Positions 10,174 through 18,105 of a stretch of DNA of 64,000 nucleotides are shown one piece after another. Each line of letters starts with the position of its first letter. The stretch's first letter is position 1. The translations under genes and the position numbers were made by a program. The notes under the pieces were generated by a model that saw nothing but the letters and a program-made list of their open reading frames with translations, did not search any database and was not told the DNA's origin. The DNA is from Armatimonadota bacterium (GTDB lineage: Bacteria; Armatimonadota; Zipacnadia; JAUWAU01). The stretch spans positions 6,175 to 70,174 of the forward strand of contig JAUWAU010000022.1 of NCBI GenBank assembly GCA_030601885.1. Direction: 5' to 3'.

Positions 10174-11133
10174 TCAGCGCGCTGCCTGCGAGTCTTGCTC
10201 GGCCATGAAGGCCTCGACCTCAGCCCGAGGCAGTGCGCCCTCCATCGGGCCATGTCGTGAGGCGCCGAGGGCGCCGCAGGCGTTGGCGAGCCGACCGCAT
10301 TCGTACAGCGATAGGCCCTCGAGCATCCCCACCACGAACGCGGCATCGAAGCAGTCGCCGGCGCCGGTGGGATCAACGGCTTCCACCTTGAACGCGGGCA
10401 CGTCGATGCTCTCGTCGTCGGCGAGGACCGTGCACCCTTCCGTGCCCCGCTTCAGCACCACCACTTCTGCCGCCCCCGCCAGCAGCGCCTCGCATGCGCC
10501 GATGGGATCGCTGATGCCCGCGAGGATCTCGGCCTCGCTGGCGCTTGGCAGCACGAGCGCGGCGGCAGCGAGGATTGGCTGGCACACCTGGCGCACCGCC
10601 TCCTCGCCCCCGAGCAGCTCGGGCCGCAGATTCGGATCGAGCGAGACCTTCCCGCCGGCCTCTACGACCATCTCGCAGACCTCGTAGCATCGATCGCGCA
10701 TGGCCTCGGAGGCCGACAGTGTGGAGCCGCAGATGTGCAGCCACTTCACATCCTCCAGGTAGGCGCGCGCGGGGAGTGGCATCCGGGCTGCCGCGCTGTT
10801 GCCGATGTGGAAGAGGAATCTGCGGTCGCCATCGGAGAAGTACGTGACGAAGGCGACGCCGGTAGAGAGCTCTTTGTCTCGATGCACATAGGTGGTATCG
10901 ATCCCGTCGGCGGAGAAGCGCTCGAGATTGGCCTGACCGAAGTCGTCGTCGCCGACGGCGCCGATGAAGCCCGTCTTGGCGCCGAGGCGTGCCGCCTGGT
11001 CAATGAAGTTCGCCGGTGCGCCACTGGGGAAGGGGCCGATGAAATCGGCCGGAATGCCCAGCGGTGTATCCAACTCCTTGCGCAGCACGTCCACGATGAA
11101 CTCGCCGATGGATAGGACCTCGACCTTCGGCAT
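10174..11133 (-). CDS. PfkB-family carbohydrate kinase
   Basis: MPKVEVLSIGEFIVDV...; the C-terminal DPTGAGDCFDAAFV is the PfkB signature 2 (DTxGAGD). ATG at 11131-11133. The upstream 39 codons of the track ORF were rejected. Confidence 0.85.
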   Translation of the reverse strand: MPKVEVLSIGEFIVDVLRKELDTPLGIPADFIGPFPSGAPANFIDQAARLGAKTGFIGAVGDDDFGQANLERFSADGIDTTYVHRDKELSTGVAFVTYFSDGDRRFLFHIGNSAAARMPLPARAYLEDVKWLHICGSTLSASEAMRDRCYEVCEMVVEAGGKVSLDPNLRPELLGGEEAVRQVCQPILAAAALVLPSASEAEILAGISDPIGACEALLAGAAEVVVLKRGTEGCTVLADDESIDVPAFKVEAVDPTGAGDCFDAAFVVGMLEGLSLYECGRLANACGALGASRHGPMEGALPRAEVEAFMAEQDSQAAR

Positions 11134-11276
11134 CACGTGCCTCCTGTGCCTGCGTGCATCCTGATGGGCTGACCAACTGCAGGCTGGCAGCCTGCGCTCC
11201 CCGGGACCGCAGGCATCCTTGCCTGCATTCCTCTTGGCTGCGTGACCCACCTGGTCGCGTCGCCCCGAAGGGCCGC

Positions 11277-12722
11277 TTAGTCCTCGTCCTGCGTTTCGGC
11301 CGCGGACTCATCTTCGGCTCGCCGTCTGCGAAACAGGCGCACGAGAAGGGCAAGCACAGTGTGGGGACGCACGCGAACATGTACCACCTCGACCTTCCCC
11401 AACTCCATGTCCTCGGGCAACTCGAGCGACGGCGTTTTCGCCAGCCCAAGCACTTGGCTGGGATAGACGCTGCGATGCCCGGCGATGAGGAAGGCCGCGG
11501 CGCAGCCCACGGCGGCGTACGTGCCAAAGGCGACACCGAGAGTCTCCAGTGCCATGACAGAGGCAGCAATGGGCGTGTTGGCTCCGGCGGACAACACGGC
11601 GAACATACCCATCGCTGCGGTGAGAGACGAAGACACGCCGAAAAGGCGCCCCATAACGTTTCCCGCGGTGGCGCCGATGAAAAACATCGGCGTGATGATG
11701 CCCCCACTGCCACCCGTCTCCAGCGTCACTGTCGTTGCCAGGATCTTGAAGAGAAACGCCAGCGCGAAGATGTGTGCCCCGCTGAGGGCCCGGTCAATGG
11801 TGTCTACCCCCAGTCCGGCGTAGTCCGTTCCAGCGACAGAGAGAAGCGCCGCGACGACGACTCCCCCTGCGGCGCCCAGGAGCAGCGGTCGCTTTCTGAA
11901 GCGTTCCGCGACATGCACTACGAGGTGCTGCACTTCCATGAGTACCACGGCGATCAGGCCGAAGAGCAGGCCGGCGCCCAAGCCCAGGGCCACGAGGGCG
12001 CCATGCGAGAGCTCGGTGCCGCCCACGATTGCCGGGCTCACGGGGTGCACTTCGCCGCAGACGAGGTGCGCCACCATGCCCGACACGAGGCAGGGAAACA
12101 ACACCTGATACTCGAGGCGCCCAAGGTATAGCACCTCGATGCCGAAGAGCGCCCCGGCCAGGGGCGCCCCAAACACGGCGGCAAAGCCGCCACTGATCCC
12201 GCACACTACCAGTCGGCGGCGGTCGATGTCCTCCAGGCGAAGGAGATGGGCGGTGCCCGAGGCAAGCGCTGCGCCGATCTGCGCCGATGGCCCGACTTTC
12301 CCCACTGATCCGCCACAGGCCGCTGTGATCACAGTGGTCACGAACTTGACGGGGGCGATCCTGGCCTGCAGCTTGCCGCCGCTCTCGTGCAACGCGCGAA
12401 TGACCGGCTCGGCGCCCCGCTGCGCCGCCTCCGGAGCCAGCTTGTCAACGAGCCACGCCGCGAAGGGGATCGCGACCGGCAGAAGCCAGTAGAAGTGGGG
12501 GAGGCGGGCAATCGTGCCCGTGGCCGATTCTAGCGCCCACACAAAGCCGCGTGTGCTGCCGCCCGCCATCGCGCCCACCACCGAGGCAAGCGCCGCCCAC
12601 TTGATGATGCTCACCAGAAGCGTCGCCTCTTCAACCACAACCGAGCGCAGATGCTCTCGCTCCGTTGGCCGATGAGACTCCTCAGGGGTCACGATGCCGC
12701 CTCGCAATTTGCATGCTGCCAA
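11277..12722 (-). CDS. ClC-family voltage-gated chloride channel / H+-Cl- antiporter
   Basis: Multiple TM helices with ClC selectivity motifs GGSVGKVGP (GxxGxEGP-like) and GGSGGIITP (GxFxP-like). The start is uncertain: TTG at 12722 or GTG at 12692. Confidence 0.8.
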   Translation of the reverse strand: MAACKLRGGIVTPEESHRPTEREHLRSVVVEEATLLVSIIKWAALASVVGAMAGGSTRGFVWALESATGTIARLPHFYWLLPVAIPFAAWLVDKLAPEAAQRGAEPVIRALHESGGKLQARIAPVKFVTTVITAACGGSVGKVGPSAQIGAALASGTAHLLRLEDIDRRRLVVCGISGGFAAVFGAPLAGALFGIEVLYLGRLEYQVLFPCLVSGMVAHLVCGEVHPVSPAIVGGTELSHGALVALGLGAGLLFGLIAVVLMEVQHLVVHVAERFRKRPLLLGAAGGVVVAALLSVAGTDYAGLGVDTIDRALSGAHIFALAFLFKILATTVTLETGGSGGIITPMFFIGATAGNVMGRLFGVSSSLTAAMGMFAVLSAGANTPIAASVMALETLGVAFGTYAAVGCAAAFLIAGHRSVYPSQVLGLAKTPSLELPEDMELGKVEVVHVRVRPHTVLALLVRLFRRRRAEDESAAETQDED

Positions 12723-12935
12723 GGCCTCTCACCGAAGGTACGCCAAAGCCGCTCCCTGTCGTGGCGGCGGGCCTTTGGCTCGCAAGACACATTATAGCAC
12801 CATGGCGGATCGGGTGCGTTCCTGGTTGGCGCGAGCAGCGAAGGCCTCGGCGTGCGTGGCCGCTGGGGTCAAATCCGGCGCGCACGGCAGCGGGAGAGAC
12901 GTACACGCCCCTGAGGGATTCGCGTGAAGGGCGGC

Positions 12936-13718
12936 TCATGTCATCATTGCGCCGGCGGTGACGTTGAGGGCCTGGCCGGTCATGGCCGAGGATGCGTTAC
13001 TGGCCAGGAAGAGCGCCACGCGGGCGCATTCCTCAGTCGTGGCGAAACGCTTCATCGGGGAGCGCTCGGCCCATTCGGCGGCGAACTGCTCGGCCGTGAT
13101 GCCGCGCTGCGCCGCCATCTCATTCATGGCGCGACGCAGCCGGTCCGTGAGCACGGGCCCGGGGCAGATGCCATTGACGCGTATGCCGCATTCGGCCACC
13201 TCGAGCGCCAGGGTCTGCGTGAGGCCCTGCATGGCCCATTTGCTGCACGCGTACGGCGCCCGGTTCGGGAATCCGCGACGCCCCGCGGCCGACGAGATGT
13301 TGATGATGACGCCCTCGCTCTGCGGAATCATGTATCGCAGTGCCTCGCGGCAGCAGAGCATGACGCCGGTGAGGTTGATGGCGATGGCCTCGTTCCATTG
13401 GTCGAGGTCGAGGTCGCTGACGGGGGCAACCTGGCCGACGACGCTGGCGTTGTTGATGAGGATGTGGAGGCCACCGAGTCGGTCAACGGTTTCGTCAACG
13501 ACGCGCCGCACGTCGTCCTCGTTTGACTGGTCGGCCTGAATGGCGGCCGCCCGGCGGCCCTTGGCCTCGATGTCGGCGGCGGTCTTCTGCAGGGGCTCGG
13601 CTCGGCGCCCGCAAATGGCAACATCGGCCCCCTCATCGGCAAACAGCAGTCCGATGGCGCGACCGATGCCGACGCCTCCGCCGGTGATGAGAGCGACCTT
13701 GTCTTTCAGGGCGTCCAT
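12936..13718 (-). CDS. Short-chain dehydrogenase/reductase (SDR)
   Basis: MDALKDKVALITGGGVGIGRAIG is the TGxxxGxG motif. NNAS and YACSKWAMQG (YxxxK) are also present. ATG at 13716-13718 lies 7 nt after GGAGAG. The rest of the 883-aa track ORF is antisense to the next gene. Confidence 0.9.
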   Translation of the reverse strand: MDALKDKVALITGGGVGIGRAIGLLFADEGADVAICGRRAEPLQKTAADIEAKGRRAAAIQADQSNEDDVRRVVDETVDRLGGLHILINNASVVGQVAPVSDLDLDQWNEAIAINLTGVMLCCREALRYMIPQSEGVIINISSAAGRRGFPNRAPYACSKWAMQGLTQTLALEVAECGIRVNGICPGPVLTDRLRRAMNEMAAQRGITAEQFAAEWAERSPMKRFATTEECARVALFLASNASSAMTGQALNVTAGAMMT

Positions 13719-14027
13719 GGCTGGTCTCTCCATTCGCGCCGCTTCTGCCCGGCCGCCCAGAGGATGGCGTTGACCCATCGGATCGGCCATCCACTTCAGC
13801 TCCCTGCGCGGGACAGAGCGCAAGCTCCCTTTGGCTCTCGGATGCGACACTGCCTTTTCGCTGCGGTCGGAACAACACCTTTGATCGGCCGGGCCGCCCA
13901 TGTGGCCCCCGAGACGCCGGCGACGAAGGACGAAGCGCCGACAGCATGGAAGACGGGGGCGAGCTGCGCTGGCTCTGCCGGCCGTGGCGGCCGGTGATGT
14001 ACCGTCGCAGTGTAGGGAGGCCATGTC

Positions 14028-16139
14028 GTGAAGCAACTCAAGGCGCTGCGAGCAGCGCTCAGGCTTGCACTCATTCTCTGCATGATGGGGTGTGCCCCGA
14101 TGAATCGTGCTCTTCAGGCAGACGTTCCGCGGTGGGAGCCGTACGATCTTGCTTTCACCAGCGACACGCAGCACGAGAATCCCTTCCGCGTCACTCTCAT
14201 GGCGACGGCGACCGGGCCGAACGGGGAGAAGCTCAAGGTGCCGGGCTTCTACGACGGCGACCGCACGTGGAAGGTGCGCTTTGCGCCGCCGGCTCGCGGG
14301 CGATGGGAGCTGACGACGGAGTCGGACGATCCGATGCTGGACGGCAAATCGGCGACGCTGGAGTGTGTGGCCAACGCCAACGAGGCGGTGCATGGCGGGC
14401 TGCTGGTGGATCCCGACAGCCCGCATCACTTCGTGTGGGAGGACGGGACGCGGTACTTCCTGCTGGCCTACGAGTGCGACTGGCTCTGGGCGCTCGACAT
14501 GGGCGATCCAGAGCTTCCGAACCTGAAGCCATTCCTGGACAAACTGGCGGCGCACGGCTTCAACCATATTCTCGTGAACGCGTATGCGCACGACTGCAGG
14601 TGGCGCGAGGGGAAAACCGGGCCCGACGACTACGGGCCGCCGCCGCTGTACGCCTGGCTCGGCAGCAACGAGGAGCCCGATCACACGCGCTTCAACCTCG
14701 ACTACTGGCAGCATTACGACCGGATGATGCGGGCGATGCATAAGCGGGGGATCGTGGCGCACATCATGATCAAGGTCTACAACAAGATGGTGAACTGGCC
14801 GACGAGGGCCGGCGCCGAGGACGATCTGTACTTCCGCTGGGTGGCCGCGCGGTACGCGGCGTACCCGAACGTGGTGTGGAGCTTTTCCAAGGAGTCGCAC
14901 AACGAGCGAGATCTGGACTACAAGCTGGGCCGGGTGCGGCTGATTCGGGAGACCGATCCGTACCGGCGGCTCATCACCACCCACGACGACGATGCCGCCT
15001 ACCGGGGCGGCTATTACGACAACTTCCTCGACCTCCGCACCGACCAGCAGCACAGCAAGTGGCGTGAGACGATCCTGACTCAGCGTGCGCGGCGGGCCTG
15101 GCCGGTGGTCAACGTGGAGTACGGCTACGAGCACGGTCCAGGCGGGATGGAGGACAAGACGTACGGTCGCGTGCAGCCGCCCGAGGAGGTGATCCGGCGG
15201 GCGTGGGACGTGCAGATGGCGGGCGGGTACGGGGCGTACTACTACACGTACACGGCGTGGGACGTGATTCGGCCCGAGGATACGCCGCCGGGGTATGCGT
15301 ACTGCAGGCATCTGGTCGAGTTCTTCAAACGAACCGAGTATTGGCTCATGGAGCCGGCGGAGGAGCTGGTGAGTGCAGGCTACTGCCTGGCGCGGTCGGG
15401 GGAGGAGTATGTGGTGTATCTGGACGAGGCGCAGCCGTTTACGCTCAAGGTTGAGGCTGCCGCGCCGCCGCGAGCCGAGTGGTTCCACCCGCTCACGGGC
15501 GAGCGCAAGGCGGCCGATCCCATCCCGGCTGGCACGGCATCGCTGACGCCGCCGGCCGAGTGGGGCGACGGGCCGGTGGCGCTGCACGTCGGCGAGCCAT
15601 CGCCGGCGAGGAAGGTCGAGCGCTCAACGCTCACGCGGTCGCTGCCGAGCATGGAGGAGACGCATCATCGGCGCGAGACGCGGCCGGCGATCCCCGTGAA
15701 GGAGCCCGGCACCGGCACCGGGCTTGCCGGGCACTACTTCGGGGACGTTGGGCTGCTGGAGGAGAAGGCGACGCGGCTCGACGCACAGCTCGACTTTCAT
15801 TGGGACGGGAAGTCGCCGGTCAAGGGGATCAGCGGCGAGCGCTTCAGCGCCCGCTGGACGGGGCGCATCGAGGCGCCGCGCGATGGCGAGTACACGTTCA
15901 TCGCTGTGGCGAACGATGGAGAGCAGCTATGGATCGACGGGAAGTTGATCGTGCATGACTGGGCCCAGCACACCGCTCGGGAGGCGCGCGGAAGCATCAC
16001 GCTGAAGGGCGGCATGCTATACGACATCGTGCTGGAATACTTTCAAAATGGCAAGAGCTCCGAACTGACGCTGTTCTGGGAGCCGCCAGGCGGGGAGCGG
16101 GAGGTCGTGCCGGCGAGGGTGCTGTATGCGGACGAGTGA
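14028..16139 (+). CDS. Lipoprotein glycoside hydrolase (DUF5060/DUF4038, GH140-like TIM barrel) with C-terminal PA14 domain
   Basis: GTG lies 7 nt after GGGAGG. Lipobox LILCMMGC. The N-terminal KVPGFYDGDRTWKVRFAP is DUF5060-like. The central region is DUF4038-like (FNHILVNAY..., VWSFSKE). The C-terminal GLAGHYFGD...FSARWTGRI...GEYTF...DGEQLWIDG...LEYFQNG is a clear PA14 pattern. Confidence 0.75.
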   Translation: MKQLKALRAALRLALILCMMGCAPMNRALQADVPRWEPYDLAFTSDTQHENPFRVTLMATATGPNGEKLKVPGFYDGDRTWKVRFAPPARGRWELTTESDDPMLDGKSATLECVANANEAVHGGLLVDPDSPHHFVWEDGTRYFLLAYECDWLWALDMGDPELPNLKPFLDKLAAHGFNHILVNAYAHDCRWREGKTGPDDYGPPPLYAWLGSNEEPDHTRFNLDYWQHYDRMMRAMHKRGIVAHIMIKVYNKMVNWPTRAGAEDDLYFRWVAARYAAYPNVVWSFSKESHNERDLDYKLGRVRLIRETDPYRRLITTHDDDAAYRGGYYDNFLDLRTDQQHSKWRETILTQRARRAWPVVNVEYGYEHGPGGMEDKTYGRVQPPEEVIRRAWDVQMAGGYGAYYYTYTAWDVIRPEDTPPGYAYCRHLVEFFKRTEYWLMEPAEELVSAGYCLARSGEEYVVYLDEAQPFTLKVEAAAPPRAEWFHPLTGERKAADPIPAGTASLTPPAEWGDGPVALHVGEPSPARKVERSTLTRSLPSMEETHHRRETRPAIPVKEPGTGTGLAGHYFGDVGLLEEKATRLDAQLDFHWDGKSPVKGISGERFSARWTGRIEAPRDGEYTFIAVANDGEQLWIDGKLIVHDWAQHTAREARGSITLKGGMLYDIVLEYFQNGKSSELTLFWEPPGGEREVVPARVLYADE

Positions 16140-16190
16140 GGGCTGCGGCAAACCACGAAGGCCTGCTTGCGCGGGCCCGACGGCCGCACC

Positions 16191-17036
16191 TCAAAGCTGG
16201 GCCGCCAGTTGAGCCAGTGCGGCGAAGTCCGCGTGTGAGTTGGCTGGGCCGATGTGGCGCAGGGCGTCGCGGGCGTGCTGGGCGATGAGCTTCGCAGCAC
16301 CAATTGGAAGTCCCAGGTGTCGCACCAGCGACGCGAGCAGGTCCCGTCCGCTGAACCATGTCACGTGTTGATCGCCAGCCAGGAAGTCAGGATCCTTGAA
16401 CTTGGCATGGAACTCATCGAAGAGGTCGCGCGCGCGACCCTCGTTGACTTGGGATGCGGGAGTGGCAAACCGTTGCACCTCGGCCACCACTTGCTCCCAG
16501 CACGCCTTCCTGCAGCAGTCGTCGGGCAAGCGGAAGGGGTCGCACCAATCGCGGCGCAGATAGGGCCATCCGCTCGAGGGCCGGAGTTGCCCCAGAGCCC
16601 AGCGAGCGACCTGGTAGCTTATTATCTCGCGTGCTCCGTCTTCAAGGTGTGCGGCGAGGTCCTTTTCCGAGACAGCAGGAAGGGTGGCCCCGATCGAACT
16701 GGGGAGAGCATCGTACGCGTCCTTCAGCACAGGTCCATCCAGGAAGTAGTTCTCGAGCTCCAGTCGCCCCCAAGCATAGATGGGCAGGTTGCGGTGTGCG
16801 CGCAGCAGGCCGGTCGCGTGCTCGTCGGGTGGGAAGTCGAAGTCGCGGTCGCGGATGGCTATGTATGAGCACCCGGCGGGCAGCATGGGGTCTTGCAGGA
16901 AAGACATCAGCGCCCTCTTGCTTCCCACGGGCCTGACAGTGACCGAGCGGCTGGCTACGGCGGCCCGAACGATGATGGCGTCCGGGCTGCCGGGCCCGCC
17001 CTCACAGAAGAGCAGCTTCGCGGCGAGCGTCGCCAT
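16191..17036 (-). CDS. TOPRIM-like nuclease partner (DUF4435/RloB-like), AriB-like
   Basis: MATLAAKLLFCEGGPGSPDAII carries the TOPRIM glutamate. IAIRDRDFDF is the DxD motif, followed by LELENYFLD. The start overlaps the 3' end of the upstream ATPase gene by 35 nt. Confidence 0.65.
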   Translation of the reverse strand: MATLAAKLLFCEGGPGSPDAIIVRAAVASRSVTVRPVGSKRALMSFLQDPMLPAGCSYIAIRDRDFDFPPDEHATGLLRAHRNLPIYAWGRLELENYFLDGPVLKDAYDALPSSIGATLPAVSEKDLAAHLEDGAREIISYQVARWALGQLRPSSGWPYLRRDWCDPFRLPDDCCRKACWEQVVAEVQRFATPASQVNEGRARDLFDEFHAKFKDPDFLAGDQHVTWFSGRDLLASLVRHLGLPIGAAKLIAQHARDALRHIGPANSHADFAALAQLAAQL

Positions 17037-18105
17037 CCACGGTCGCTCCCTCCACCCTGTGCAACACTTCCTCGGGCACCACGTTGACGACTTCCTGCGA
17101 GTGCGTGGTGACGATGAACTGGTTGTCCGTGCCCAGCTTCGGGAGGGTGTCGATGAGGAACTGCTGGAGCGGCGGGTGCAGGTGCAGCTCAACGTCATCC
17201 AGGAGAATCACCGACCTGTTGATCCGCCACCTCACGAAGTCCAGAAGGATGGGGAAAACCGCCCGCTCCCCGGAGGACATCTCCTCGAGTTCGTAGTACC
17301 TCGCACCGTCGTGGAGCATGAACCAGAATCCCTGGTCAACGCCAGGCGAGGGTGCCGCCGGTGTGGGTTCGAGGCCAACGAACCGCCTGCCGGGAAAGAT
17401 GCGCGAAAACGCCGTGGCGAGGTCGTCGTAGAAGTCGCGCATCCCCTGCTCTAACTGGCGGAGACCGTGCTCGATGTCCTGGTGGAAGGACCGCCACTTG
17501 CCCATTTCCTCGCGCAGAGCGGCCATGTCCAGGGGCTGACGACAGCCTCCCCAGAGCGTGGTGGCGGGACGCCCCTCGTGGTACCACAGGATGGTCCCGA
17601 GCCGATCGAAGTCCTCGTGAGCAGCTGCCCGAGCGGAGAAGAGCTTGTGAGCGTAGCTACGACCCCGACACTGCCACAACGCCTCGGGGCTGTGCGCGAG
17701 GGCCCGGCCTGGCTCGTAGTGAATGTTCACCACCGGACTCTCACCGGGCGGCTGATATGGGAAGTCAAAGCCGCCCAGCGCCGCGAGCGTCTGGGCGACC
17801 TCCCGAGTCGCTTGTATCTCGTCCGTGCCAAAGCCAACCTCGAGCTCGATTCGAGTACGCCGCCCGGGCGGCGAATGCAGTCTTTCCAGCATGAACCCCG
17901 GCCACCTAAAGTCCTCCGCCGTCTTGATGCTGCCGGTGCCTAATCCGAGCGGCAGCGCAATCGCCTGGAGAAGCGTGGATTTGCCGCACCCATTCTCCCC
18001 GACGAGCACGGTCAGGTCTCGCGGCTCGCCGTTGGGTCCACAAAGGTCAAGCTCGTAGTCCGAGAACCGCTTGAAGTTGCGCAGCTTCAGCTTCCTGAGC
18101 TTCAT
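17002..18105 (-). CDS. ABC/SMC-type ATPase (AAA_21-like), AriA-like
   Basis: MKLRKLKLRNFKRF...LTVLVGENGCGKSTLLQAI contains Walker A. MSSGER is the ABC signature. VILLDDVELHLHP is Walker B/D-loop, and IVTTHS is the H-loop. Confidence 0.75.
   Translation of the reverse strand: MKLRKLKLRNFKRFSDYELDLCGPNGEPRDLTVLVGENGCGKSTLLQAIALPLGLGTGSIKTAEDFRWPGFMLERLHSPPGRRTRIELEVGFGTDEIQATREVAQTLAALGGFDFPYQPPGESPVVNIHYEPGRALAHSPEALWQCRGRSYAHKLFSARAAAHEDFDRLGTILWYHEGRPATTLWGGCRQPLDMAALREEMGKWRSFHQDIEHGLRQLEQGMRDFYDDLATAFSRIFPGRRFVGLEPTPAAPSPGVDQGFWFMLHDGARYYELEEMSSGERAVFPILLDFVRWRINRSVILLDDVELHLHPPLQQFLIDTLPKLGTDNQFIVTTHSQEVVNVVPEEVLHRVEGATVDGDARREAALL

Noticed and set aside
13719-15587. N-terminal 620 codons of the 883-aa minus-strand ORF
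   Set aside because: Only the last 261 codons (the SDR) show family motifs and an RBS plus ATG. The remainder is antisense to the DUF4038/PA14 gene.
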